A DNA stretch of 64,000 bases from positions 1,364,001 through 1,428,000 of the forward strand of contig CDRNST010000066.1 in the NCBI GenBank assembly GCA_977016875.1, read 5' to 3'. Shown in pieces: positions 1 to 12,760 of the stretch (its first letter is position 1; every line of letters starts with the position of its first letter). This DNA comes from Pavona decussata. Its lineage: Eukaryota. The notes beneath the pieces were generated by a model. The model searched no databases, was not told the DNA's origin, and saw only the letters and a program-made list of their open reading frames with translations. The translations under genes were made by a program, and so were the position numbers.

Positions 1-192
1 TGAGAAATTAGTTAAACAAAGAGCTTTGGTTGCAGTGGTTGCAAAGTATGTATTTGAGAAATTAGTTGAACAAAGGTTCTTGGTTGCAGTGGTTGCAAAG
101 TATGTATTTGAGAAATTAGTTGAACAAAGAGTCTTGGTTGCAGTGGTTGCAAAATATGTATGTGGGCAATTAGTTGAACAAAGGGTCTTGGT
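1..192. repeat. Minisatellite, 54-bp unit, ~3.5 copies (runs off the window start)
   Basis: The unit tgagaaattagttgaacaaagggtcttggttgcagtggttgcaaagtatgtatt starts at 1, 55, 109 and 163. It produces the repetitive ORF 26..292. Confidence 0.95.
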
Positions 193-1309
193 TACATTCT
201 TCCGTTGTTATAAAACACTGACAGAAGCCGCAATAAATTTCATTCGAGGTCCAGAGTGGGCGATAAGATTGATTCAAAAGAAACAAAATTAATTTAAACA
301 CTGAAAATTGCTAATGCATGGCGACAATCATTGCAATGCTTGATGCATTTCTTTATTTTCGTTCACTTGGATAAAGCCAAAATAGCAACTTCAGCAAGAT
401 TGAAAGCTTCCAATGTTATAAAATGCAACAGAAGCCTCCGTTTGAATGCAGAAAGGAATATAGTGTATAACCATACTGAAAACAGCAAGATTTAGGTCAC
501 GTGCTAGGCAACCAAAATTGTTCACATGTATCAAGTGTCATTCAGCATCAACATGACACAAGGAAAAAAAAGAAGGTTCTTGAAAGAAAAACTGGATGCT
601 TTTTTGTCAATTGGCAACCAAGCGAAACCACCAAAAAAGGCACACATCCACCTTTGTGATGCTTCATGTATTGGAAGGAATCAGAGTGGGTGTGTAATTT
701 ATTGTTTAATTGTTTATACATAATACATTCCAGCAATGCGGCATGGTGTCCACAAATTTGGTGCGAGTATCCCTTTACGATTACCACTATTCACTTCTAC
801 ATTCACGAGTTGGCTCACAGGAGCCTTTGATCTGTGTGGCTGAAGTTTTGAGAATGTTGCACGCAATTTTCTCATGAAAATTCCTCAGATCCTTTAAATT
901 GGAAACGTTTTGTCATGCAGACTGTCACAGTCTGATCTGATAATAGGGCACCTTATTTCCACAGCCAGGTCGTTTCTTCTTAACGGCCTTCGTGGAGGCT
1001 TTGCAAGGAAGATGATGGACTGAAGCTCTTGGATAGCTGTGTGTGATGAACTTGCAAAGGGGCAATCCAGATGTGGTGGGGGATTAATGGCATTTGCAGA
1101 TGTTTGCAAAGATGGAACTGTCAACTCGGTTTCTACTCTTTCTAGCTGATGACAAGCACTAAGGAGACCTGCGGCACACTGTCTCAGAAGCCTTTTTGTA
1201 TTGTCTGCTCTATCGCCTGCCACTTTTGACCACAAGGCCAAATGAAGGAATGCAAAGACTCTTGATATACTGTTCTTGTCCGAAGGGGTTCATAGACAAT
1301 ACCAACAAA

Positions 1310-1455
1310 AAATGTGACCTTCATAAAATGAGACCACTATCTTGAAATGAGACTACCATCATAAAATGAGACCTTCATAAAATATGAGATCAGCGCAATA
1401 AAATGGAAAGTCTGCAACTTAAAATACGAGATCAGTACAATGAAATGCGACCTCA
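1310..1455. repeat. Degenerate short tandem repeat (cataaaatgagacc-like units), probably the interior of a small non-autonomous element
   Basis: About six variants of (c)ataaaatgagacc / aaatgagac / atgaaatgcgacc lie in a row. Confidence 0.6.
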
Positions 1456-1915
1456 ATTTTGACACCAATACCGCCCCATTTGCACTTGTGGAGGGCTGAC
1501 TTTCGTTCCTATAACAGTCTATTTCTTGTCTGTGGATTGCACGTCTAACTCAATCCTGTCAGGGTGTCATGAGTGTCTCGGAAATTGCTACTCTGTGCGA
1601 GGGTACAAATCTAGTCTTCAGGGTATCGGTTTCTGCTGTTTAATAATGCGTAGAGGAAGGTTGAATACCTCGAATAGTAAATGTGGTTGTTCTGTTTTCC
1701 ATAGCCTGTGAGGAGGGTCGTGTCCCTCATGCTAGTTGATGTGGTGTCCTCCACCATGTTTCACTAGGGGTTTTCTTGGTGCTAAATGGGAATGATGTAG
1801 ACAAAATGCAATGCAGATCACAAGTTATTTAATTGTGTAACATACAAAGCCAAATACGTTGAAACCTAAGACTCTTATCTGATAATCTGTTGATCTCCTA
1901 ATTTGGGTAGGCAAG

Positions 1916-4188
1916 GGGGGTCTATTCATAAAGTCACGATAGTAAATTTTCGATTTCACAAATCATAAAACAAAAAATTCACTTTTCACGATGCTCGAAC
2001 ATGTGCACAAAACTGTAATCAAAATTTGTACAAAAAGGTGCATTCTTAAACTTTACTAATAATTTACTGCTTTTGAAAAGGTGATATTTGAAATTTTAAT
2101 TTGTTGGTTTTACTTTAAAAGACTGTTAAGAGAAATATCGGACTTGGACAGCACTTCCACTGCAAGTTGTTAAGGCCCTTTAGAAGGTCAGCGTAGCGTC
2201 GCCATTGTCACTTTCCACGGCATTGTCAGGCCCGCTGTGTCATACTGCACATCATCTTCTGGGACCTTGGGGGAACTCAAGGACTTCAACATTGTACTCC
2301 CAGTTAGAATCGATCATAATGTTTGTCACATCATTCAAGTATTTGTACATAATTTGGTCTTTTGGAATTTGTCCCGATTGAATTAACTCAGTTAGTCGAA
2401 CACACAAAGGATCTCCCACTTACAAAGAGAGAGGAAACAGCATGTATTCTTTATCTTAATCTTCCTCATCCAATATGTCCGACATACATGAGACACATGA
2501 CTTGATACTTGAATCACTTGAAAAATTATCATCTTCGTTAAAATCCACTGCAATTTTGTGATCAATGTCACTGTCAATACTTGATGCAGGCTCTTCTACG
2601 AAGGTTTCATTATTCATCTCCCAGACATCAGCATTGACATTCTCGCTATAAAATAAACATACAAAGTATCACTACAACAGAAACAGGTCTATAAAATAAT
2701 TGTTTTAATATGAAATCAGACGGCAATACATTAAATCAAACAAGAGAAAAACACAACGCTATGCTTTATTCCAAAGACCACTGCCTGTTAGAGGGCGCGT
2801 TGTTTCAAACGGCACTGAATACGAAAAACTCAATATAATCGCATTCTTAGTAATTTTAGGAAACCTGTTCAAAGAACTTCTGGTTTTTCAGTGAAGAAAG
2901 TGAACATTACTGGAGACTGAATTTATTTCCATAAAGAAATCATCTTACTCAGCATCCAGATCTACTTCTCGGTCGCTATCATATCCCAGTTGAGTCTCAC
3001 TTGCTGATGATGGTTGTACATGTTTTGCCATTTTTGTTGTCCAGTCCTGCATGAAAGCCTTCATCCCCTTTATTTTCTTTGACCTCTCCTCTTGGTTGTC
3101 CGCTTTTCGGGTTCCATGTGCTTTTTGACATGCATTGAAATGTTCTATAGTGAAATTACGACATAAAGTTAATGAATGGTATCAGCCTGAAACACCTTGC
3201 CATGGATTAAGTACCGACTACAAAGGGTCTACAAAACTTTTTTTAAGGAAGCCACTCAAAGGTCAACACAAATATTCAACAAAAAAGTATCCATTGAACT
3301 GTTTGCAAGTTCCCAGACATTCCAAATTTCCATTCAACAAAACTACCCGTCCCCTCCCCGATGCGGTGAGCATTTGGCACACCGACCCAGTATCTTGGGA
3401 TGCGTACAAGAAGCATTCAGTCAAAATGGCGTCGGACGAAGACTGGCTGACTGAAATTGTTTGTGAATGCGTACGGAATGAAATGGCGCTTCGAGGTCCC
3501 ATTGATCTCGCGTGTTGATGGAGAACACTTTTGGTTGATTTGTGCCATCCTTTACCTGTCTGCAGATCCTGACACCCAAGCTTTACCAAGGCCACGTTTT
3601 ATGCACTCTTCTTTGATTCGGCAAAAACTAGTCATATCTTAAGAAAACACTTAAAATTTTGCTTCTTGGAAGTGCCTGATTCTGGCTCAGCATGGTAAAA
3701 TATAACTAATTCAACAACCGCGAGGACTTTGTCAGATTCAGCAGCCATGATCTTACCAGTCTGAGTTACACCGAGTCCGCACATGTCGTTAATCAATGGC
3801 TCATCAGTTGAAAATCCTTTTGAGACAGGTTCATTGGCTAATACGGTGATCAGGAAATCAAGGGGTTTATTTACACCTGTCAACATGTTTCGTTTGTCGC
3901 TACTCTCAGTCAGCTTGACTCAAGTGTTAAATTCACTAAGGTCACGGAAAAAAATCTGATCACAATGCAGTGAAATGCAGATGCGAACTCAACTTAATAC
4001 ATTCACGATTTATTTCTTATTTATTCACAATTCACAGCCAAGGACTTTAGCATCTCACACCTCACGGAATACACTTCAATTACGATTCACGGAACAGTTT
4101 TTTGTCAAATCGTGATTCACAGAGCACAAAAAAAAAGCGGATCATGGTGTCACAAAAATATTGTTGCCCTCCCCCCCCCCCCCCCCCA
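1916..4188 (-). mobile_element. Unclassified degraded DNA transposon with G-run/C-run ends and tcacga-rich subterminal repeats
   Basis: It starts with a G run (1915-1920) and ends with a C run (4171-4187). tcacg/ttcac motifs cluster at 1930-2000 and 3940-4155. Minus ORFs 3632..3886 and 3263..3595 share one frame broken by stops. Confidence 0.35.
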
Positions 4189-4255
4189 TAATGGATTGTT
4201 TAAGTATTTCTGGCTGGTGCTTAAGCTCCTAAATCACAGTTTCCAGCATATAATT

Positions 4256-4556
4256 TTTTTTTTTTTTTAATGAAGAAGAACTTTATTTCACTACATAAAT
4301 ACTTATTACACTTTTCAAATAGTTAAAGAAAAGAAAAAAAAAATAATACAACAACAGCAACAACAACTACAATGCTACTATTATTACAAAGTTGTTATAA
4401 TATGTTACCGTATTACAATTCTTAGCCTGCGAGCAAGCTCTCCAGCTTGGGGTTGGGGGGCTTGCTTGCAGGCTATACAATTCTATATGACAAGTTTATT
4501 TTAAACGCAGATACTAAACACACGTACACACAAAACCAAACTGCATAAGCCGCTGC
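4256..4556 (-). mobile_element. 5'-truncated retroposed insert (LINE 3' UTR-like) with poly(A) and a 15-bp TSD
   Basis: The TSD ttccagcatataatt is at 4241-4255 and 4557-4571. A T-run at 4254-4268 is the minus-strand poly(A), and AATAAA on the minus strand lies just upstream of it. Confidence 0.8.
4423..4475. mobile_element. 53-bp Academ(H)-like miniature TIR element
   Basis: Termini are TAGCCTGC...GCAGGCTA (TIR tagcctgcgagcaagc / gcttgcttgcaggcta). A perfect 9-bp TSD tacaattct is at 4414-4422 and 4476-4484. Confidence 0.7.
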
Positions 4557-5439
4557 TTCCAGCATATAATTATCTAGCAGCATAGGGTGGTTATCCTTGA
4601 TTGTTAGGCTGACTTGTATCTATAGCCAGCGAATTGCATTTAATTTGAAAACTTGGTGTAAACTAAAGCTTTGCCTTCTTTTATGCCTAGAGTTTCTAAT
4701 CCTCTTATTTTTCACATGGCTTCGTTTCCTTTGTTCTTCCAGGTTGATTATTGAATGAAACCTGCTAATTAGTATCTGTCTGAAAAGCTGGTGGCAGCTT
4801 TGATTGTGACGGGAGAATGGGGCTGATATTCTTATATTCCCATATTAAAATAATATTCCCCTTGCAGGGCACCCATATGCAATACATTTGACGCACTGAC
4901 AAACAAAACCCACAACTTTACTTCAACAGCGTTGTATGTATTTTGCTTTGACTGTTGTTACATTTCAAATACTACTGAGCAGTAGCTTAAATTGAAACAT
5001 GAAATTGCTTTATGGACTTGTTGTCTCAATGTTTGCTTTCTCAGTTTCTGGCACTGCAACACTGGCCTCGACGACAGAATTCCGAGCTAGTGCATTCCAT
5101 TTGGTTGCCCAGTCGTTTCGTTTCAATTACTTGTTTCTCTACTCCTTATAACTAATGCACAGCTATTAAATAGTTACAAAAATTTATATTTAAATAAATT
5201 ACAGTCAACTTGAAAAACAACACATAATGGGGGAGGAGAGGAGGGGGCACCTCTAGTAAAAACTAATACTGTGCTCCTTATAATAGGCTAACAAAATAAT
5301 TATGTAGTTAAAATTAAATAGAATACAAAAATAGAAGAAATAAGAAAGGAAAAGCAAGTGATATAAAATTAGAACGAATATGATAAGGATAATTAATCAT
5401 ATATTGAGCAAGGAATTTTATCATTATTATTGAGCAAGG

Positions 5440-5850
5440 TAATAGTGATAGAGTGCTTTTTCTAAACGTTCTTTTAGTGGATTTGTCCTTAATTGACTGA
5501 GGAATGTTATTAAAAAAATCGTCAATAGCTGATTAGAAGATGCATTGTAGGTACTAAAATTAGGTAGTTCAGATAACAGGTAAAATCGGAAATTTGTGGT
5601 TATTTATATCATCATAAAGAAGCAAACGAGTGTTTAGTTTAACAATATCAGGAAGTTTCAGTAAACCTAAAGATCCATAGTGAGGAGTAATGGGTTCCAT
5701 CAATGGAACAACATTGATTACATGAACCGCCTTGTTCTGTAGTTTTACGATTTGAGAAACAGGAGCATTATTGCTATGAGTGATATATGGATAAATATAA
5801 GAATAATAAATACTAATAGTGTTCCAGTTTATACATATTGCATACGTTCA
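5440..5850 (-). mobile_element. LINE reverse-transcriptase C-terminal fragment
   Basis: Minus-strand translation YYSYIYPYI...KLQNKAVHVI...ITPHYGSLGLLKLPDIVKLN is typical of the ORF2 tail of CR1/L2-group LINEs. Confidence 0.6.
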
Positions 5851-6414
5851 AATACCAAGTGGTTACTTTTTTAGTGTTCTTTGGGATTTGTTCACTGTTC
5901 CTGGCCAGCAGCTCTTTGTCATCTACAGCGACAGTATCCCTCCAGGATCACACTGTACAAAATTATAAGCAGCAGCAGAAGACAGTCATAACACAAAGGC
6001 TTACAAACAGATTCTTAAACATTTCAGTTTCATTGCAATATCATTGAAACAAGAAAAATGATCAGCGAAGACGTGTAATTTGGGAAACTCACGGAACAAC
6101 GTTAGATACTAATAACTCAAACTTGTTACTGATATAATTAATTCAAGGGGAAAAAGAAACAGCATTAACACGTAAAAACAACAAGTAATGGACACATTAA
6201 CAAGATAAAAATTCCATTTAAGCCCCCTTCCAAAGAAGCGCTTTTACATAAAGCCTGGTTTACCCATTCGGTGAAATGACATGACAAGGAATTTTTAACT
6301 CGTGAATGCGCGCGTGCGCAATGAACGAGTTATAGCAATAGCTGGCTTTTGACTTGGTCGATCAGTCGGTCGGTTTTGTCGTTAACTTTCGGGCGTGAGC
6401 AGTGAGTGAGTTTC

Positions 6415-7500
6415 AAATTCAATTAGTGGGAAAAACACGCGAACATTTATTGTTCACGGCGCATCAGGAAATTCTTATTCAATATGTAGAGAATAATTTG
6501 ACGATCATTTAGTGCAAGAATGGAGATTTTTCGTTCAATCTGAGCAAAGTTACAAGTTTTTTCAGTTTTTCAGAAAGTCCGGGGTCGTAAACTCAATTAG
6601 TGAAAAAAAAAAACGTGAAAATTTTTTTCACGACGCGTCAGAATTCTCTCATTCATTCTGTAGAGAATAATTTGACAATCATTTCAGTGTAAGAATGGAG
6701 ATTTTTCGTTGAATCTGAGCAAAGTTATAGGTTTTTTTCGTTTTTTTGTACAAAGTGCGGTTTCTTTTAAGAATTAAAAATAATTTAATTTAGAAATAAT
6801 TTAATTGAAAATAATTTAATTTGTCAGTTTTCACGCGAAAGCGGAATGTGCCATGTCACGCATCATTGACGTCGTAAACAAAATTATGCAAATTTCTGGT
6901 GAAATGAACACTTTAAGATCTTGTCAGCTTTCATAGAGGTTTCACAGGGGAAAAATGTTTCATTTTCGAAATTTACAACTGGTAATTTATGGGAAAGCAA
7001 AAGGACGCGGGCGATAAATAATTCTTATTTAGCAAGAGCTTGTCATAGTTCATTATTTTTACTTGAGGATTGCGTGGACTGAACTCCAAAGGAAAAATTT
7101 CACGCATTTATGTCGGGCATAAAATGTAATGCGATACTTTGTTGAACATATTTCCCTTTGTGAGATCAGCCTGCCCTACAGTAATTTTGTAATTTTAATT
7201 CCCAAAAAAACTTCACTTGCCCATCGGGCAAGTGATGGTTAGAATCCACTAGCCCGATCGCGAAATCCAGTAGCCTCGGACTATCGGGGACACGAATTTG
7301 CATGACGTAGGTGCACATGGCGTGCTCCTATGAACTTTGAATAAAAAAAACACGTGATCAGAATAATCGGCTTATTCAATCTGTACAGAATAATTTGACA
7401 ATCATTTTAATAGTACAAGAATGGTAATTTTTCGTTACATAATCGGGCAAAGATATAATTTCTTTTAGCTTTTGAGGAAGTTTCCGTAGCCGTCTAAATT
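6415..7500. repeat. ~170-bp repeat: two tandem copies (6415-6570, 6592-6740) and a third diverged copy (~7340-7500)
   Basis: All three share the core gtagagaataatttgacaatcattt..caagaatggagatttttcgtt..atctgagcaaagtta. Confidence 0.8.
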
Positions 7501-8289
7501 TCAATTACTATGTGTCATCTGCATTCACGAGTTGGCTCACAGGAGCCTTTGATATCCCAATGTTGTTGTCTTTGTCATATTCCTCTTCTGTCGTTATTTA
7601 TTTATTTTTTAATAATCTTTGTTTTTCTAATGCGTTCTTGTTTGTCTCAGGCCCCTTTTGCCGATTGAGTTTTCTTGTGTGGCCAAATCAGCTGAAGAGA
7701 CTACAAAGAGAAAAAAATAATTTTTACGTATCACCGGTAGACCACAATTCCTGAAGCTTTGCAAGTGAAATGACTTGAACCATTTGGCTTTCCAATGTGA
7801 ATCTTAACAGCAAGATGCCAATCAGTAACTCTATTGTGCCTCATCTGCAACAACGGCCACAAAATTTTTCTGATAAAGTTTCGACAACAATAACCCTCTG
7901 CATTGTCTGTTGCTTACTGTTACGTTACCTTTGGGTGCACAGAATGATGCCTGTGAACTACAGTATTTTCAATACAATTACCATGTGAGGTGAAAACTGG
8001 TACAATTTAATTCAGTTGAGTTTAGTCTTTTTAATTGATTATTGGTAAGCAGGTTGATCTTGGGTGGAAACAAGCACAATTATGATGGATTTGTTCTCGA
8101 AACAGTTTTCACTACAAAGATGGTCACAAAGGGTAGGAACTAATCTCAGGAAAACAGTGATTTACCGCGCTTGTTGATTGCAATCTCTCCTGGTGCCTTT
8201 TTTCGTTTTTGTTTAAGTTTCAAGTTTTGCTGTCCTCCAGACTGAATAATGTTCCAAAGAGCACCCTCGAAAGCAAAAACTTTACTAGG

Positions 8290-9045
8290 AATGACCACAG
8301 TTATGAGTAAGCGGCCATTCAGCACAGTGGACAAAGGATGATGGGCAGTCCTGTATTCTGGGACTCAAATCGAACTTTGCCAGATCTCCCTTTCCCCTGA
8401 CCGTGGGAGATCTGGCCATGAGATTAGTTGAGGGCAGCACCGGGAGAAGACTGGAATGCTTCGGGACCGTGAACTCTGCAGAATGGAGAAAGCCGAAATA
8501 GGCCAAGTTGCAAGCCGCCCATATCATGCAGCGGTTTGGGATGCTCAAGTCCAACGACTTAAAGATGATCAGCATGATACTGTCTGTTATCGGTAGCTGT
8601 GATGCTGAGGGGTCGCCTTGTAATCATTTAATCCCCCACGAAACTTTTTGGAGTCGCAGGCAGTGGAGTAAAGGATCTGCGAAGCCTTGTTTGATGTGCA
8701 AGGACCGCATTGCGGACAAGTAAACCTTAATAGTGGTGTGCTGCACTAACCTGGGCAGGAATGTGGCAAACAAACACAGGGTCCACTCATCCGCTGGGCA
8801 TGGAGGTCAATGAATCTTTTCCAACTGATGGCAGTAGTCGTAAAACTTTCTCTGTCCTGAAGCGTAGGAGTTGTGGGTAAATGAAGCCAGACCCTGTAAC
8901 AGGAACTGACGGCACTGGACTCCTAGGCTGGAAGTGTCAATTCATCCAGTAGGCCTTGCGGAATCGGAACTGGACACTGCAAGGCCTTTGGAGCTAATCA
9001 TCTGAACTCCTGCCAACGAAAGCGAGAAAGGGGGTCAGCACTGTT
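8290..9045 (-). mobile_element. Ngaro/DIRS tyrosine-recombinase retrotransposon fragment (RNase H end + YR N-terminal half)
   Basis: Minus-strand translation gives LSRFRWQEFR*LAP (RNase H tail), then EWTLCLFATFL...TIKVYLSAMRSLHI...MIWAACNLAYFGFLHSAEFTVP (the YR FGFLR.xE motif). Confidence 0.8.
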
Positions 9046-9049
9046 ATTA

Positions 9050-9670
9050 TGATTGCTGGGTTTCTTGCATGCTGGTTGTTATTAGCACCAGAATGTGAAT
9101 CTTCAGAATTTGGTGGCAACTTGGTGCTCCTCGAGCTTCCTCTGTTATGCCGCGTATTTTGTTGAATTGACCAACGGTCTTGTTCAGTGTCAAGGTCAGC
9201 AGAGACAGGTTGTGATGGAAAATCTTTCCTCGCCTTATGAGCATTTATTTCTTTCGTCATGATTTGAAGAGCGGTCCTGTAAGAATCTCTCTCCTCGGAG
9301 ATATTTTTAAGGATGTTGTTTTGCTCTCTGTGCTGGCCTTGCAACATGCAAATTTCGTTCTGTAGATCTTGATTCTTTTGTGGAAGGGTGTGAATTTCTT
9401 AATTACCACTTCTTTCCTTCTCGTTTTCTTTATGCTGATGAGGTTCAACAAGTTTTCCATGGGTGGTTTTGATTTCGGACCAGATGTTCTTTATTTCTTC
9501 AGATGTTCTTTATTTCCGATCAAGAGCTGTTCCTTGTATTCCCTAAAGATTCATTTTAGATAAAAGGATATCATTAACACGATTAATATTAAAGGCCCAA
9601 TTATCCGTAGCTTCCAGAAGGGCAGTTACAGTTGAGTGCATCAAGCGAAACCTGATTGATGATTAGAAAT
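9050..9670 (-). mobile_element. LINE fragments (coiled-coil ORF1-like piece and a short RT piece)
   Basis: A coiled-coil piece, EERDSYRTALQIMTKE, lies in ORF 8994..9347. The frameshifted RT motif NHQSGF..HSTVTALLEATDNW is at ~9590-9670. Confidence 0.5.
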
Positions 9671-9829
9671 TACAAAATTAAATGAGACTTACCAGTAAGT
9701 TTGAAGTTTGATTGGGATTCTATCCTGTCATCAGTCCAGAATGAAGGAGTCACATGAGATGCCCATGCGCAGAGCCAATCAATATCCAACAACAGTGGCA
9801 CAGGAAACAGTACACTGTGGGTTGTATCC

Positions 9830-11030
9830 TACCGTTTCAATGACCCTTTTGTCTACAAGTTAATTTATCTCTTGATTTTTTCTATTAAACTTGTGGTCAT
9901 CAAATCTCTGTGATGGTAGCCAGTGTTGAACTGGTGTTTCAGTACATTCAATGCTTACACCTGACACATCAGACAAGATCTCTTTATTATTAGTTATTTC
10001 AGTCCAGGCTGCAAATTTGGTAGCTATGCTACCAGCTCTGAAATTGGAGCATGAGGTCGGTAAATGGGATAACAGAGAAGGTAAAAACTGCTTAAAAACA
10101 CTCACTGAATGATGACCTATCTCTTTCATTTGTTTAATGATTTGCTGTCTGTCCTTTGGCCCTGTGGTGTCTTCTGTCTGAATGGTTTGGAGCGGCTTTT
10201 CCATAAAAAATTCCTGCTCTGGGATTTTTGTTACTAAACCCGCCACGGTCAATCTTAGGGATGAGACGGTAGTTCCAATCAATCTTAGGGATGGGACGGT
10301 AGTTCCCATTAGTTTTTTTGTTGGATGTGTTAGCTACTAAGCGACTAATCTTGCTAGTTTCTGTAACATCTTTTAGCTGCTTAGCAATATCATCACCAAA
10401 AAGATATTGGCTATTTGTATTCTAGCTTGAGAGTGGGCTGTATCTGGTCCCGTCTCAGCTGTGCTAATTGTATATTGTGTATTTTTTTAGATTAAAATCT
10501 GTAATTATAATTTAAAAGGATTGGGGATACTTTTAACGCTACTTTTAATCTAGAATGGCGCCATAAATCATTCTCATTTCTAGCTGCAAAACTTTGGAAT
10601 TCTCTACCTATGTATGTTAGAAATGCCAAGGATATTTCTACTTTTAAATGTCTTTTGAAAAAGCAGGTTTTTAGATAGATTTAAGATTTAAGTAATTTTT
10701 AAATTATTTCTTTTCTTTTTGATGCTTTTCTGTTCATGCACTTGTTTTAATGACTTTTTATCACTCCTAGATGTAGCGTGACCCAACATTGCTAGGCTAT
10801 CAACAGATTTTGTAATCAGATCAGTATTATTCTGAGTATTATTGGCCAGCCAGTCTGTGGTTTGCAAGTTTATTGTGGTCACTTTGCGTACCAGCTGCTG
10901 AAATTTCGTCAATTTCAAGTCAGCTTTCTTCTGTGTGGCAGTCAGTTGTCCCCATATTTGAAGGTGTACCCGAATGGGCTTAAGCCCAGCACAATTTGCA
11001 GGTCGCTTATGCTTTGCCACAATTTCTTTG
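9830..11030 (-). mobile_element. DIRS retrotransposon fragment (gag and start of RT)
   Basis: gag motifs KHKRPANC..LKPIRV..QIWGQL...KADLKL (10688..11020) and YLFGDDI are present. The RT start reads FRAGSI..KFAAWTEITNNKEILSDVSGVSIEC...PVQ (9860..10309). Confidence 0.7.
10535..10730 (+). mobile_element. 3' end of a CR1/L2-type LINE inserted in the DIRS gag
   Basis: Plus-strand translation SFSFLAAKLWNSLPMYVRNAKDISTFKCLLKK matches a LINE ORF2 C-terminus. Confidence 0.6.
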
Positions 11031-12049
11031 ATTTTTTTTTTTTTTTTTTGACGTTAAAATCCATTACGAGATGATAGCAGGCAAACGGCCTTTGCCCAGT
11101 CAAAATACTAACGGTGTCAAAGTGCCATTGTCTCCAATGGGTTTCTTCCAGAAGAGGAGCTTTGATATCTTTGGGCCAAACACAGCTTAGATGGGAGCAA
11201 GAACTGTTCAGAATACGAAAAATTCGGTCTATTAGACAATGAAGAAATGGCATAGATTGACAAAAGCAAAAAGAAGTTTCGTCTGCTCAGGTCTGTCATT
11301 CTCGTCAGGGGAACAGGAAACAGACCTGGTAGAGTGTTCAAGAAACGCTAAACAACGAAAAACACGCAAAGGAAACAAGTAAAATAATGGCAAGCGAGAA
11401 AATTTTTAAACTGCAGCACCACAGCTGGCCCTACCTGCCTGAGCTGACAACTTTAAATTCTATGCAGTTTCAGATGTCAATACATCGATAAAAGTAATCA
11501 TTTTGTACCTGAATAGCCAGTTTCACAAAGATTTAGAGGCGCTTCTTCAACTTACCGGTATTAAATCCAATGGAGGACACCAATTCGTCATCTGATGCAG
11601 CTTGGGTAAGGAGAACAGGCCCGACAATACTTCTTGCTCATGAAGTTAAAGAAAGTTAGTGAATCAGGTTTCAAAATTTCCCATAAGGCGGATTTTTGGA
11701 ACTGGGATTTGTGCAAGTTTAGGTTTACAACAAAGATAACGAATTGGTTTTGTTCACAATTAACCTAGGATTTTAGCGTACGGGAGTCCATACAGCCAAG
11801 CTCACCAAACATCTGTTATGGTGAGACAGTAAGGACTTGAAGATAGGATGACTACCCACTACTGACTACGGTACGATGCGCAGGGTTGACAAATTGAAGT
11901 GCAATTTGAAAGAAAGATTTCAACTACATGATGTTAGACTACAGATGAGAAAATAGTAAGTAATCATACAAGGCACACATGGAGTAGATTAAAAGACAAT
12001 TGTTAATATCTGTGCGAGAGATTACAGAGTAAAAACGCAAGCTTCTTAA

Positions 12050-12760
12050 GTGGCACTTTCTCTAAGAACGGTCCACTGCGTTTCGGGTCGGAAAAAAGTT
12101 TGCCCTCAAACTTTGCCCAGTAAATCATCTTGGGTCGTACGCAAATGAAATGAATTTACCTTTTTGGAAATACGTTAAAATAGATTTTTTACAGGCCACA
12201 ACAGTCAGAGCGGTCGAGGACCTAAATTTGAGTGTGGCGAAAATAGAAAATTGCATAAAATTGATGAGCTCGCTGCTGGAAAACCAGGAAACGCCACAAA
12301 AATTCATTATAATTCCTAAGTAAAGTGGTCCTTCAAAGGTATGAAATGCATATTCATTTTAATTTTTTTTAATTTTTAGGGTCACAAAAATTAATATTAG
12401 TAACCCTCATTAAAACACTTTCTGAAAACCGGTGAAAGTACCCTGTCTTTGCCGGCATTTATTTCACAAGTCCAGACCGAACCTTTCTAAATTCCAACTG
12501 AACTTTGCTAAACAGATGTTAGAAAGCACAGAAATGTAAAAATACCTTGCACTTTTTATCTTCCTTGATCACAGTGGCTTCGCACTTTTGGTGCTTTTTC
12601 GAATATGACACCCACATTATGCAAATGAGGTTGTTGATCAAATTCAGATTGTTATAAAACAAAACATTCTTAATCGCTAAATTTTACCATTCTAAATTAA
12701 CTACACCGAAAAGCACACAAAACTAAAACGCATAAACGGGTTTAACCGTTTAAAAATGCT
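12050..12760 (+). repeat. Left TIR of the Sola3-like element
   Basis: It starts gtggcactttctctaagaacggtccactgcgtttcggg and is the reverse complement of 22810-23516. Confidence 0.95.

Noticed and set aside
26-292. ORF of repeated 18-aa units, or a CRISPR-like array
   Set aside because: It is a 54-bp minisatellite with no unique spacers, no cas genes, and a eukaryotic context.
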